From contig OX597816.1 of the NCBI GenBank assembly GCA_951406725.2, positions 134,726,001-134,790,000 on the forward strand: DNA of 64,000 bases. Direction: 5' to 3'. A program made the translations under genes and the position numbers. Shown here piece after piece: positions 39,716 through 52,861 of this stretch. Position 1 is the stretch's first letter; each line of letters begins with the position of its first letter. This DNA is from Octopus vulgaris. Its lineage: Eukaryota. Under the pieces are notes generated by a model. It did not search any database. It saw nothing but the letters and a program-made list of their open reading frames with translations, and was not told the origin of the DNA.

Positions 39716-40248
39716 GAGTGAGAGAGCAGTTCATGCCATCAAAGTGACACTGGGGTAAAATATACGAAGCCCAATATACCCATCATGACTACCCGTCTGA
39801 TAAAGGTACACCAGGCACATGCATCACAACCATATGTGCGCGACATGGTGATCTCATATCAAGATAAACAGCACATGACCTTGCAGGTGGGGCCCAGTTA
39901 GAATTTTCTTCAGGTTGAGTAGCCCATCCCGCTCAAACGGTCCCTGAATAAGGGTTGTTTAAGGATGTTGAAAGAACCACCCATGTTTCCAGAGGTGAAC
40001 TATTCAAACCCCAAAGAATCCCTCTCAACACATGGCTATGATGCTCCCCCACTACTTCTGCTCATGATCAGAGATGCACATATCGTCAGCCACTAAGGGA
40101 CATGCTCAACTGGTTAAGGTCAAACAACTGACAAGCAAATCTGTGGTATTGAGCAGAATATTTGCTGTAGCCCATCTTTTATACCAAGACAAAACAATGT
40201 ACATGATAACACTTCCAATCAGTTAAGATCAGAAGCCATGAGAGCCAC

Positions 40249-40249
<1 letters not shown>
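39716..40249 (-). mobile_element. Family A (TAA)n-embedded repeat, copy 3
   Basis: Flanked by (TTA)n on both sides; high similarity to copies 1 and 2. Confidence 0.88.
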
Positions 40250-40326
<77 letters not shown>

Positions 40327-40709
40327 TTTAAAGATGTGCAAGTTTTAATAAACTGTGTATTAATGACTACATATAGCGAACTTAATTATAGCTTCTTGTA
40401 TATATAATTCTCAACACACACACATACACACACACACACACGTACACACACACGTACACACACACGTGTATATATAAATATATTTTGCTTATAAAAATGT
40501 GTCATTTATATAAATATACCTATTCGTATGCAGGTGCTGGTATTGCACACACAATTATATATTTGTATTATATATATATAAAAAAAATCACTGTATCTAT
40601 GTATGTGTGTGTGCTGGGGGTAGGATAAGTAAAGATGTTGAAAGCTTATTTTTTAATGTCGATAGCCTAACTTGAATATTGATTTCAAGTCTCATGAATA
40701 TTTCAATCA

Positions 40710-40784
<75 letters not shown>

Positions 40785-40932
40785 ATCCATCCATCCATCT
40801 ATCTATCTATCTATCTATCTCTGGTTGCTTGTATGTCTGTCTGTCTGTCTGTCTGTTTCTCTCTCTCTCCACACACACGCACACACATATATACTTATAT
40901 ATGTACACATACATACATACATACACATATAT

Positions 40933-41715
40933 ACAGGATGTGATGGGTAAATTGTCGCCATTTTATACTTTTAGTTTCGCGCATGCGCATTGTTTGTTTT
41001 TGATTTTGTCGACTATACACAATAGGAGGGTCAGCTGGACACCGTCTGTGAGAAAAACAGCACTATGACGCATTTCACTCTGCCGGAAATTTGGAAACGA
41101 CATTCTGTACTATTTGGTATTCACACCGAAGCTCCAATACGAAGAGATGGTGAGCACACAGAACAATCGTTGGCTTGCTGTGTCCCCAAAACATGTACCG
41201 AGAGTGATAAAAATCAAACATCCAGTCAGCATCATGGTGTTTGGAGTGATCACTAGTGATGACCACGTCTTGCCTCTATTCATCTTCCCACATGGCCTCA
41301 GACTCAACACGGAGGCCTGCAGCAAGTACCTGGAGGAGGTAATATTGCCCTAGGGTGGTTGCTGGAAGACCCTCTGTCTGGCAACAGGACTCTGCACCAT
41401 ACCACACAAGCAGGAGAACCCAGTCATTGCTGTCGGACCCCTAACATCTGGCCACCTAATTCCCCAGACTGCAACCCCCTTGATTATTATGTGTGGGGCA
41501 CAGTTGAGCGAGAGACCAATAAAACTCCTTGTAACACCAAAGATGAACTGAAGGCAAGGATTATGGCAGCATTGACTAACTTAAACAAGGAGACCGCCAA
41601 GAAGAGCTGCAAGAAATTCCGAAGTCTTCTAGAGGCCGTGGTTGAAGCCAATGGTGATTTTATTGAATAAATTTACTCTTTAGTATTTGAAGATATTTTT
41701 ATGTAATTTTGGTAA
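40933..41715 (+). mobile_element. Tc1/mariner-superfamily (maT/DD37D-like) transposon remnant
   Basis: KHPVSIMVFGVITSD, WQQDSAP and WPPNSPDCNPLDYYVWG..LEAVVEANGDFIE motifs; left end TA-CAGGATGTG; right TIR not found. Confidence 0.8.
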
Positions 41716-41720
41716 ATATA

Positions 41721-41796
<76 letters not shown>

Positions 41797-42074
41797 GAAG
41801 GGTGAAATTAATTAATTTGGAATAATTATCAATTACACCAAGTAGTCTTCGGCATGTAAAAGCCTCATTCGAGGAAAATTTAAGTAATACTAAGCAATAA
41901 AGGGTTTAGCAACGAATTGCCTTACCACAGACCGAATTTAGAAATAGCAGTCAAAGAGTTATAGCTATTTCTTCTACTAAAAGGGAGATCTCAGTAAAAA
42001 CAGCAATTGGAAGGCAGACACAAACAGGTAAGAGAGAATGAATTGACGGCAATCTATCATACAATTTTAAGTTA

Positions 42075-42174
42075 TCTACGGACGCACATTTCGAAATCAA
42101 GTTTTTAGGAAAGCATAAGAATTAAATATTAAATAATTCTACCCTACCCAAACTTCTTTTCTCTTCAGCGTAGA
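42075..42174 (-). ncRNA. Type-I hammerhead ribozyme (inverted arm; C>U in stem III)
   Basis: Reverse complement of the 42596-42695 motif, with GAAAUGUGCGUC. Confidence 0.6.
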
Positions 42175-42595
42175 ATACTATAATCATAAATGATTATATA
42201 TTGAATTTTGAGATACTAGAAGGCACCAACTCAACTCAGTATCAGAGCGAGCTAGAATCCGCAACTAGTATCACCAAATTCAAAGTGTGAATGAAAAGAT
42301 TGTGTCACCAGCCCCTTCCCACCAGCGTGTAGCCAAAACAAGATGCTGATAATTATTCCAAATTAATTAATTTCACCCTTCATTATTACGGATAACCATA
42401 TTTTATCTCAGTAGATGACCACAGCATCTTGTTTTGGCTACACGCGGGTGGGAAGGGGCTGGTGACACAATCTTTTCATTCACACTTTGAATTTGGTGAT
42501 ACTAGTTGCGGATTCTAGCTCGCTCTGATACTGAGTTGAGTTGGTGCCTTCTAGTATCTCAAAATTCAATATATAATCATTTATGATTATAGTAT

Positions 42596-42695
42596 TCTAC
42601 GCTGAAGAGAAAAGAAGTTTGGGTAGGGTAGAATTATTTAATATTTAATTCTTATGCTTTCCTAAAAACTTGATTTCGAAACGTGCGTCCGTAGA
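42596..42695 (+). ncRNA. Type-I hammerhead ribozyme
   Basis: Stem I UCUACG/CGUAGA, core CUGAAGA (42602-42608), long imperfect stem II (GAAA..UUUC, AAGUUU..AAACUU, GAAUUA..UAAUUC), GAAA, short stem III CG-UG-CG, GUC cleavage triplet ending at 42689. Confidence 0.75.
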
Positions 42696-43188
42696 TAACT
42701 TAAAATTGTATGATAGATTGCCGTCAATTCATTCTCTCTTACCTGTTTGTGTCTGCCTTCCAATTGCTGTTTTTACTGAGATCTCCCTTTTTAGTAGAAG
42801 AAATAGCTATAACTCTTTGACTGCTATTTCTAAATTCGGTCTGTGGTAAGGCAATTCGTTGCTAAACCCTTTATTGCTTAGTATTACTTAAATTTTCCTC
42901 GAATGAGGCTTTTACATGCCGAAGACTACTTGGTGTAATTGATAATTATTCCAAATTAATTAATTTCACCCTTCATTATTACGGATAACCATATTTTATC
43001 TCAGTAGATGACCACAGCATCTTGTTTTGGCTACACGCGGGTGGGAAGGGGCTGGTGACACAATCTTTTCATTCACACTTTGAATTTGGTGATACTAGTT
43101 GCAGATTCTAGCTCGCTCTGATACTGAGTTGAGTTGGTGCCTTCTAGTATCTCAAAATTCAATATATAATCATTTATGATTATAGTAT

Positions 43189-43288
43189 TCTACGCTGAAG
43201 AGAAAAGAAGTTTGGGTAGGGTAGAATTATTTAATATTTAATTCTTATGCTTTCCTAAAAACTTGATTTCGAAACGTGCGTCCGTAGA
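43189..43288 (+). ncRNA. Type-I hammerhead ribozyme (second tandem unit)
   Basis: Same motif 593 bp downstream of 42596. Confidence 0.75.
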
Positions 43289-43477
43289 TAACTTAAAATT
43301 GTATGATAGATTGCCGTCAATTCATTCTCTCTTACCTGTTTGTGTCTGCCTTCCAATTGCTGTTTTTACTGAGATCTCCCTTTTTAGTAGAAGAAATAGC
43401 TATAACTCTTTGACTGCTATTTCTAAATTCGGTCTGTGGTAAGGCAATTCGTTGCTAAACCCTTTATTGCTTAGTAT

Positions 43478-43555
<78 letters not shown>

Positions 43556-43584
43556 AATTTGTTTTTGTGTATGCGTTTGTCTTC

Positions 43585-43725
43585 CATCTTACCAAATCCA
43601 CTCACAAGGCTTTGGTCGGTCTGAGGCTATGGAAGATGACACTTGCTAAAGGTGTCACGCAGTGGGACTGAACCCGGAACCTTGTGGTTGGGAAACATAC
43701 TTCTTACCACATAGTCACACCTACA
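43585..43725 (-). mobile_element. SINE family 1, 5' half
   Basis: ACCAAATCCACTCACAAGGCTTTGGTCGG..GGGACTGAACCCGGAAC..TTACCACATAGTCACACC. Confidence 0.8.
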
Positions 43726-44249
43726 GCTATATACACGCACGCACACAAACACACACACGCACACGCATTTATTGCACTATTTTATTTTATTCCTTGACTT
43801 CCCCTGTCTCCAATCATCTGTCACACTATTTTCACTCAGTACACACCAGCACATCCACCTTTTCTGCTCTTCTATCCTTTTCTGTCTCTCGTATTCACCT
43901 TGTACTCGGTTCTCACATCTCTTTCTGTCTCTCTTTCTCTGACTTTCTAGGTGGACAAGCCATACATTTACTTCTTCATAGTTTCTTATCCCTCCCGTCT
44001 ATACCGCCACTCAGTTGAGGGTGTCTAGTCTTGCAGGTACTTGGTAACTTCCCCAGTGCAGGTGCTATGTAAAAAAGCACCAAGTACACTTTGTTTAAGT
44101 GGTTAGCATTTGGAAGGGCATCCAGCTGTAGAAACCATACAAGAGTAAACATGGAACCTGGTGCAGCCGTCTGGCTTGTCATTGCTTGTCAAACCGTTTT
44201 ACCCATACCATCATGGAAAAGGGGATATTAAATGATGATGGTATACACA

Positions 44250-44573
44250 CGCATTACTCAATGGTTAGAATGTCAAGCTCACAATCACAAGGTAGTGAGT
44301 TTGATTCCCAGACCGGGATTGTGTTCTTGAACAAAACACTTTCTTTCACGTTGCTCCAGTTCATTCAGCTGTAGAAATGAATTGCGACGTCACTGATGCC
44401 AAGCTGTATCAGCCTCTACCTTTCCCTTGGATAACATCGGTGGTGTGGAGAAAGGAATCTGGTATGCATGGGCGACTGCTGGTCTTCCAGAAACAACCTT
44501 ACCTGGGCTTGTCTCTCGGAGGGAAACTTTCTAGGTGCAATCCCATGGTCATTCATGACCGAAGGCGGTCTTT

Positions 44574-44575
<2 letters not shown>
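44250..44575 (+). mobile_element. SINE family 3
   Basis: Reverse complement of 15453-15793 over its length. Confidence 0.85.
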
Positions 44576-44609
<34 letters not shown>

Positions 44610-45495
44610 AATTACTTATTATATATTGTTTATTCATTTTTCTACTTTTTGTGATCTAGTTATATATTTTAAAATATTTTATTTTATATTTATGATTTGG
44701 TTTATATCTATCATTGTTTGAATTGCAAAATAGTAGTTTTTCTCTAATTTATATATATTATATATTTATATTGTGAAATTTGATTTTATACTAAATCGAA
44801 TTTTTCTCTGTAAGTTTGGAGTTATATTCCCTAATACGTGCGTGCGCACACACACATGCACACACACGAAAGTAAATGAAAGATGCCCTATGCGCTACAA
44901 ATGTATATGTGAGTACAAGTGAAACGACATGGGAAATTAAAAGATAAATGGGCAGGGAAAGCCCCAACTCAAAGGTCTAGAATCAAGAGGAATTTCTCAT
45001 GACCACTGCTTTTTCTTCTTCTCTATATCTTTCTTTCTCCGTCTTTATCTTTCTCTCTCTCTCTCACCGCATTTCTTCTATCGCTTCCTCAAACTTCTAT
45101 TCCCGTACCCATCCCAGCATGCTTGTCTCTTACCCTTTTTTTAAATCACAATCACTGTCTTGTTCACACGTAACAAGTCTTGCTTCTTCTTCCTTCTTCC
45201 GTTTCCTAGTAACACTTTTGCGTCTTTCGGGCGCAATCGAAAGATTACATTCTTTTACGTTGAACTGTGTTACTATTTTTTTTCGTCTGTAATACCTCGT
45301 GTTTTAAGTCTTCAGAATTCTGTTCTATTACTAGGATCCACTACTAGGATTACCATTACTAGGATCCACTAGATTAATGGTACTGCAAGGTACATGCACC
45401 GAAACAGCCCTGATTATTGATGCTAGAGCTGAGGAGAAATATTCTGTCTATTTGTCATTTTCCGTTAGCCGTTCTTTATATAGTTTCACTCGTGC

Positions 45496-45534
<39 letters not shown>

Positions 45535-45699
45535 GATTACTGTTTTCCTCTTGTGTACCTCAATAGCTATTTGATGCTCAAAGACTAGTTTTATAGATAC
45601 TTCTTTCAAAACTTCTATTTTGATTTTCACACATTCACTTGTGTGGGTTGAACTATAAAAGTTGTTAGAGAAAGAAACCTGTTTCTTGCAATAAATGCA

Positions 45700-45828
45700 T
45701 GTAGAGCAAAATTTTTCCATGGACCCTTAATATATTGCTGTGGATCAACAATTTACTATTTTGTTTGTAGCCCCCAAAATCTTCTACAGACCCCCAGGGG
45801 TCATATGGACCCCAGTTAAGAACCACTG
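45700..45828. mobile_element. hAT/Charlie-like MITE end
   Basis: Ends GTTAAGAACCACTG (reverse complement CAGTGGTTCTTAAC, a typical Charlie/MER terminus) with repeated GGACCCC subterminal motifs. Confidence 0.55.
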
Positions 45829-46624
45829 TTGTAGATAATGATACTACATGGAAACTGGTTGTAAGTGAATAGCATTGTAAATTAACGTTAATAAATAGCT
45901 GGCTTTGACAAGAAATGACAAGCCAGACGGCTGCACCATGTTAAGATCAGCTGATATTGTTATGTCAACAATCCTGGAGTCAGACCCGACTTAATCTTTG
46001 TTTCTAAGTGAGTATTATTAGATTTGAAAATAAATAACAGCTAGATTATATATGCCATGATACTAGATTAGCAGAACTATTTAGAGAACAGAATTATTAT
46101 TAATAAAATCAGTTTCAACCAATGATTTTTCAACTAATTTATACATATAAATTAACTTCTCACCATGAAAATGAACACAGAATGTGTGCTGGGAGTATGT
46201 CGCCCATCTTTGGTTCATATTTTTGTCATTCTTCCATTTTCCTTCCTTCTACTCATTTGTCCAATCTATGACTTTAAACTGCATACAGTGATGGAGCTCT
46301 TGTTCGGGAGTTCCAGGCTTCTGAGGAATGTGGAACTACCTCTTAGCACCTGCATAACAATTCTTTCTCTCTTCTCACCATGTTATACCACTTAACCATT
46401 TTTTCTGATCATGGATTTACCTAAAGAAGACCCGATCTAACTGGATTTAATTGGATCCACCTACCCTCCGGGACATAACGAACCACTACATATATAATTG
46501 ATGGGGAACTTTCTTTCACTATCTCACCTATATTTTCTCCGATGACGGAATATCCAACTTATAGAAGCTTCGCTCGATATGATGCTCTAATAGCTGAGAT
46601 ATCCCAGAAACAGATGTCAGAGTC

Positions 46625-46750
46625 AGGAATGAGAACTCAGGTTCGGAATTTCCCCAAGACACCTGATGAAGGTTGGAGGGTATTTCGGCCGAAACGTTGT
46701 GTTAACAACAAACAAGATGAGAACAAATATCCGTCAATTGTAAATAAACT
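46625..46750 (+). mobile_element. SINE family 4, 3' part, with hammerhead-like core
   Basis: AGGAATGAGAACTCAGGTTCGG..GACACCTGATGAAGG..CCGAAACGTTGTGTT; matches 50598-50729. Confidence 0.75.
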
Positions 46751-47465
46751 TCTTTCATCTCATCGAGAGTCTCTTTTGGTGTACGACCTTTCAATTATAA
46801 AATCCTGTTCACTGATCTGCATTCAACCGCCTCCATTATAACATCGTAGTCCACTTCAGCAGCTGTAAAAGACTAAAGAATACTAGTAGAAAGCTGCAAT
46901 TTACAATGCGACATTCAAAGACATGTATGATTACATCTGTACAAGTTCTGTTTCGTGCAATAACCGGAAGTGGGTCAGTAGAAATCTTTAATAAACACCC
47001 CACGTATACTTCTTAGCATCTATTGTTCTCGATCTACTCTGATCCGAAGTAATAGCAGGGGTCAGGGTCCCAGCTATAGGCTAATTAGTATTCACTGAAG
47101 AAACTTCAATCACTAACCCTCACTACTTTGTGAGTACCTTGGGAAAGGATAAGACTAGGAGAGTTGACTTTGACAGCAAATCAAGAAGGCGAGTCACTTA
47201 GGCGATCCGATGCCCTCTTTAATACCGCTCCGGTAAGTCCGGAGAAAGTGGAGCTTTCCTGCCCTGTAAGACAATTCATCTAGAAGAAAGCTACTTCAAC
47301 GTAAAACCTACTACTTGCTGGTTATCACAGCCGTCTTAGCCCGCTTAGTCCGCTTCGCCACTGTGGTCTGATCTCCAAGGAACTGGATTGCGCAGAGTTA
47401 CTGTCAGTTTAAAACTACTAGGTACAGGCAGGAAGAAAAATCAAGGATCCTTTTACATAGCCATT

Positions 47466-47797
47466 TAGTTAGTTAGTTAATTTGGCTCAAAAGCAAATAG
47501 CAAGGCCATGTAGGGGGACATGGAGTTAAGTACAGGGTGGTGTTCATGTAAAGAGTTCAGGCCACTTGAGGTCCAGGGAGGCTTTGAACAAAGCGGTCGT
47601 CGGCATCTTCACCATCTCGTCTGGCAGCTTGTTCCACGGATCCGCAACCCGGACGGAGAAAGCTCCTCTCCTTCGATTGAGATGAAATCGTCGCAGGTAG
47701 AGCTTTTCGGAATGACCCCGCAGCCGACGCTCTGGAGCAGGAGTGAAGAACAGCTCTTTCGAGAGGTTACACTTTCCGCTTATGATGTTGTGGGCGA
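47466..47797 (-). mobile_element. 5'-truncated CR1-type LINE 3' end
   Basis: Minus translation LRGHSEKLYLRRFHLNRRRGAFSVRVADPWNKLPDEMVKMPTTALFKASLD matches the CR1 ORF2 C-terminal pattern; (CTAA)n tail. Confidence 0.85.
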
Positions 47798-47982
47798 GAA
47801 TTTGAGGTCGTACCCTTCTTTCTGATGGTCTTTGGACACGAAGAAACTGCCGTCACCCATTGTCGCATCAAGATACGACTAACTAGTTGTGGAGGTGTGT
47901 GCATAGAAATTCTCTCACACTATTTCATCCTTCCTGCTTCCTAGCTTCTTTTTCTTTCTCTTCATAGCTAAATGTTCTTCAA

Positions 47983-48418
47983 TGTCTTCGCCGCATTCTT
48001 CGCTGCCGACCCATTGATCGGGTTCCTACTGCCGGTCTTCGTCGTCGCCTGAATCTCCGGCCCCTCCCTTCGGTGCTTCTACAACGGCGCCTAAGCTGGT
48101 TCGGTCATGCGGCCCGGTGTCCAGAGGGTGAGCTGATTCGCGATGTCCTCCTCTCACCTCTACTTCCCAGCTGGCGCAAACGCAGGGGCGGGCAGCTGAA
48201 GACCTGGGCAACGACGATAAAGGAAGACCTCTCCGAACTCTCAGGTCCGCAGGTGGTCGGTCTGCGCAGATGGAACCGCGAATGGCTTGCTATCTCCAGT
48301 GACCTCGCACAGGACCGTCGAGCGTGGACTGCCATAGTTCGTGATGCCGTTAGGAACAGAGAAGAAGCCGGCTCAACCCACCCTGGGTGAACGCCGTCAC
48401 AAGTACAAGTACAAGTAA
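47983..48418 (+). mobile_element. 5'-truncated RTE LINE 3' end with TSD
   Basis: CLRRIL..QRRLSWFGHAAR..WRKRRGGQLKTW..LAQDRRAW is an RTE C-terminus; (CAAGTA)n tail; 9-bp TSD GTTCTTCAA at 47974-47982 and 48419-48427. Confidence 0.9.
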
Positions 48419-48704
48419 GTTCTTCAAAAGTATTTCCCAGGAGTTTGAGAACTATTGGAAAAATTACATCTCCTTTTCTCTTGGCTGAACAATAAACTCG
48501 AATTTACTATAAAAATCTTGTACGTCTTTTAACTATATTTTGTGTTTATTTTATTTTTAATGATCGTTTTGCCTATGCTGTTAATGTATACGTATGTCTT
48601 CTCTTTTTCTGTCTCTTCTTTTTATTATCACGACTCTCTACTTCTATTCCTCCCTCGCTTTACTATTCAACCCTCCGAAAACTTAAGTATATTCACCTCT
48701 CCTC

Positions 48705-49168
<464 letters not shown>

Positions 49169-49436
49169 AGTCATCCTGGTACGTTATCATCAACCTTATG
49201 TTATTTTTTTTATACGTTTCTCAAATAAATATTTATCCTTTCTTTCTACTGCTTCACACTCCTTCTTAATAATAAACACACCTTTCAACTTCTTACCCTA
49301 ACCCCTTCTCTGCTTCCTTCTCTCTATATTCAGTCAGTTGCATAATGCCAAGCCTTACATTTTCTTATTCACTTCTGACAAAAACAACTTTTGTGTATAC
49401 AGCTATTTATGTTCACTGTTCAGTGAAAGCTCTACT

Positions 49437-49484
<48 letters not shown>

Positions 49485-49831
49485 TCCTTTGTGCTTCTCT
49501 TCCCCCTCCTTTTCTTTTTCTCTTATATGTATATCTTATTCCTCACTCTGTCATTCATTTCTGACACTTATAGCTAAATATGTTTTATCAACCGTTATGT
49601 ATTTTTAATGTAGATCTTTGTGGTTTTCGTCACTGTCTACAGTTTTGTTTCAGGTTTTCAAATTTGGAACATGGATTAAAAGTCTTGTATACTTGTTATG
49701 AAAATGAAATTCATTTTCCCTATAAATCCATAATAAAAACGTTGTTAGCCTTTAAAATTTGCAAAATTTGGGTATTTTAGCCAACCAGAAGCAAATATTT
49801 TAGACATCACCTTGGCGAAGAAGTCTGTTTC

Positions 49832-50210
49832 TATAGCAACCAAAACAAAGAAGCACACGTGTTCCATAGCTGATTGCGAAGAACACTTTTTCCATAGCAA
49901 CCAAAGATGCTGCGCATGAGCACTAGGAATATAACCACCACTTGTTCTGTAGCTGTTTATTTTCATAACAGATAGAACTCACACTCAACAATTTTAGTAA
50001 AGTTGAGTGTGAGATAGAAGTCACACTCAACAATTTTAGTAAACTAAAATTGTTGAATGTGAGTTCTATCTGTTATGAAAATAAACAGCTATAGAACAAG
50101 TGGTGGTTATATTCCTAGTGCGCATGCGCAGCATCTTTGGTTACTATGGAAACAGAGTTCTTCGCAATCAGCTCTGAAATACGTGGTGCTTCTTTGTTTT
50201 GGTTACTATA
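49832..50210. repeat. Fold-back inverted repeat (MITE-like)
   Basis: Arms at about 49832-50000 and 50043-50210 are reverse complements; the same peptide MKINSYRTSGGYIPSAHAQHLWLLWK appears on both strands in the ORF track. Confidence 0.85.
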
Positions 50211-50503
50211 TCCCAGAAATAGATGTCAGAGTCTATGTTTACCATTTTGTACTATTTTTACTATTCCTTATGTAGCTAAATTCTAAGTTTTAGATTGAAG
50301 GTAAAATGAAATTAAATGTCCTTCTGTAGCATTGTCTAACTGTTTGCCTTTCTTCACTACTTTAACCTACGAGGGGTGTTCGTTAAAGATTTTCCCTGAC
50401 CCACTTCCCAAACTTGAAATAATTATTAGTCCTTTTCTACATAGCCGCCAACAATGGTGACATCTCTCATCGCTTTTACAGCCGTGAAAACATCGTCTGT
50501 AGA

Positions 50504-50729
50504 TGCCCACGGGCATATAGCGTAGTGGTTAAGAACGCGGGCTACTAAGCCCAATATTCCGAATTCGATTCCAGGCAATGACCTTTGAAAAATACCTTAG
50601 GAATGAGAACCCAGGTTCGAAATTTCCCCAAGACACCTGATGAAGGTTGGAGGGTATATCGGCTGAAACGTTGCGTTAACAACAAACAAGATGAGAACAA
50701 GTATCCGTCAATTGTAAATAATGAAAATA
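50504..50729 (+). mobile_element. Full-length tRNA-headed SINE family 4 with 12-bp TSD
   Basis: A-box TAGCGTAGTGG, B-box-like AATTCGATTCC, CTGATGA..GAAACG core; TSD ATCGTCTGTAGA at 50492-50503 and 50730-50741. Inserted in a mariner-like remnant starting TACGAGGGG near 50368. Confidence 0.85.
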
Positions 50730-51580
50730 ATCGTCTGTAGAAGTTGGTAGGTTGTGACTGGAGCTAAGACTTTACCTCGGAAATAATAATAAAAATAAAA
50801 TGAACACAAAATAATATCTTAGTCCTCTTCAGCAGCCATAAAAGACCAACGAATACTAGTGGAAAGCTGCAATTTACAATGTGACATTTAAAGACATGCA
50901 ATAACCGGAAGTGGGCCAGGAGAAATCTTTAATAAACACCCCTCATATACTTCTTAGCATCTATTGTTCAGCCAAGAGAAAAGGAAATGTAAGTTTTCTA
51001 ATAATTCTCAAACTCCTGGGAAATACCTTTGAAGAACATTTAACTATGAAGAGAAAGAAAGAAAAATAAGCTGGGAAGCGGGAAAGTCGAAATAGTGTGA
51101 GAGAATTTCTATGCACACTCCACAACTAGTTAGTCGTATTGTGATGTGATAATGGGTGACGGCAGTTTCTTCGTGTCCAAAGACCATCAGAAAGAAGGGT
51201 ACGCCCTCAAATGGCTATGTAAACTCATTGCCGAGGTAACATCTTAGGTACCAGAGTTCTTCGCCACGGTGATGTCTAAAATACTCGCTTCTGATTGGCT
51301 AAAATACACAAATGTTTTGACATGCCGATGCCCCCCCCACCCCCTGATGATAGAAGAGGCAGCGAACGCGCTGTTTTCTGATTGGCTGAAAATTCCGAAA
51401 ATTATCAATGTTTGAACACCTGCAACATTTTTACAAAATATTTCTGGAATAAATGAATAACAAATTCGGATTCAGCGTCAAAAATTACATCTATATGATA
51501 CATTAAAAAAATTTTTTAAAGGTAATTGTAAACAGTGACGAAAACCACAAAGATCCTTTAATGTTATAAAACAAGTTTTA

Positions 51581-52861
51581 TTAGGTTGCCAAGAAAGTGC
51601 TTGCGGTTTTTAACCTTTAAATTCAGATGCACATATCTCGGCTCAAACAAAACTTTATTATTCGAAATAAACACCATCAGAATCAACACATTTTTGCCAA
51701 TGCGAAACAAGTTAATTTATGCCAGTAGCATAAAAATCCTGCGTTCTGGTGGCGATGAAGTCGCTGAAGGCATGTTTGGCATCGTCTTAGTTTTGGAAGC
51801 ATTTCTCACGCAGGAAGTTGTCGAGATGCTTGAATAAGTGGTAGTCGGTAGGCAAGAGGTCTGGTGAATATGGCGGATGAGGCAGAGTTTCGTAGCCCAA
51901 TTCGTTCAACTACTGCAGGGTCAGCTGTGCGACGTGCGGTCGAACATTGTCGTGGAGAAGAATTGGTCCTTTTCTATTGACCAATGCTAGTTGTTGTTGT
52001 CGGAGTTTCTTATGCATTTTATCCATTTGCTGACAATACTTCTCCGCCGTAATGGTTTCGCCTGGATCCAAAAAAGCTGTGATGGATGCGACCGGCCGCA
52101 GACCACCAAACAGTCACCACGACCTTCTTTTGGTGCAAATTTGTCTTCGGGAGATACCGTGGAGCTTCGTCGGCGTCCAACCACTGTGCTGAGCGTCGCC
52201 GGTTGTCGTAAAAGATCCACTTTTCACCGCAAGTCACAAGCCGGTCGAGAAACGGGACGTTCTTGTTGCGTAAAAGAAGGGAAGACGACACTTCAAAACA
52301 CCGTTTTTTTTGTTGTTCAATTCGTGCGGCACCCATTTCTCAAGTATTTTTATTTTTCCAATCTCTTTCAAGTGTTTGGAAATTATCGTATACGTACGTC
52401 TAATTCAGAAGTAAGCTCTCGAACAGTTGTGCGTGGATAGACTTCGACTAACGCTCTTAGTTGATCGTTGTCAACATCCGATGGCTGACCACTAAGCTGT
52501 TCATCTTCAAGACTCTCGTCACTGCTACGAAATTTCTTGAACCACCATTGTACTGTACGTTTATTAGTGGTTCCTGGGCCAAACGCATCGTTGAAATCGC
52601 GAGCTGTTTCAGCAACTTATCGGCCTAGCTTGAACTGGAATAAGAAAATTGTGCGAATTTGTTTTTTGTCCATTTGTATTCAACGTTCTGGAAAAAATGG
52701 TCTAATTATTCAAATAGAAAAAGAGTAACACGATTAGATAGAGCGAAAAATGGGCTTTGAAATGATATATAAAGTCAAAGTAATTTAACGAAATTTAATT
52801 TAAAAATACATAATTTAAAACCAAAATTAAAAATTCCGCAAGAACTTTCTTGACAACCTAA
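51581..52861 (-). mobile_element. Full-length defective mariner (cecropia/Hsmar1-like), 1281 bp
   Basis: TIRs TTAGGTTGCCAAGAAAGTGCTTGCGG / CCGCAAGAACTTTCTTGACAACCTAA with TA duplications; transposase fragment FEVSSSLLLRNKNVPFLDRLVTCGEKWIFYDNRRRSAQWLD..LHQKKVVVTVWWSAAG; frameshifted. Confidence 0.92.

Larger units (their letters stand above)
41793..43478. mobile_element. Non-coding 593-bp-unit tandem + inverted array with hammerhead ribozymes (retrozyme / non-autonomous Penelope-like)
   Basis: 42347-43478 is about 1.9 direct units (GATAACC at 42391 and 42984). 41793-42348 is an inverted copy of about 42422-42979. Both outer ends abut (TA)n. No ORF of 60 aa or more in the track. Confidence 0.85.

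Noticed and set aside
42893-42935. Second hammerhead-like motif in the 593-bp unit (CGAAUGA-GGC..GCC-GAAG)
   Set aside because: Two core deviations and no stem I or III partner.
45320-45375. Short TTACTAGGATCCACTA repeats that look CRISPR-like
   Set aside because: Two to three imperfect units with no spacers or cas genes, in eukaryotic context; a local slippage duplication.
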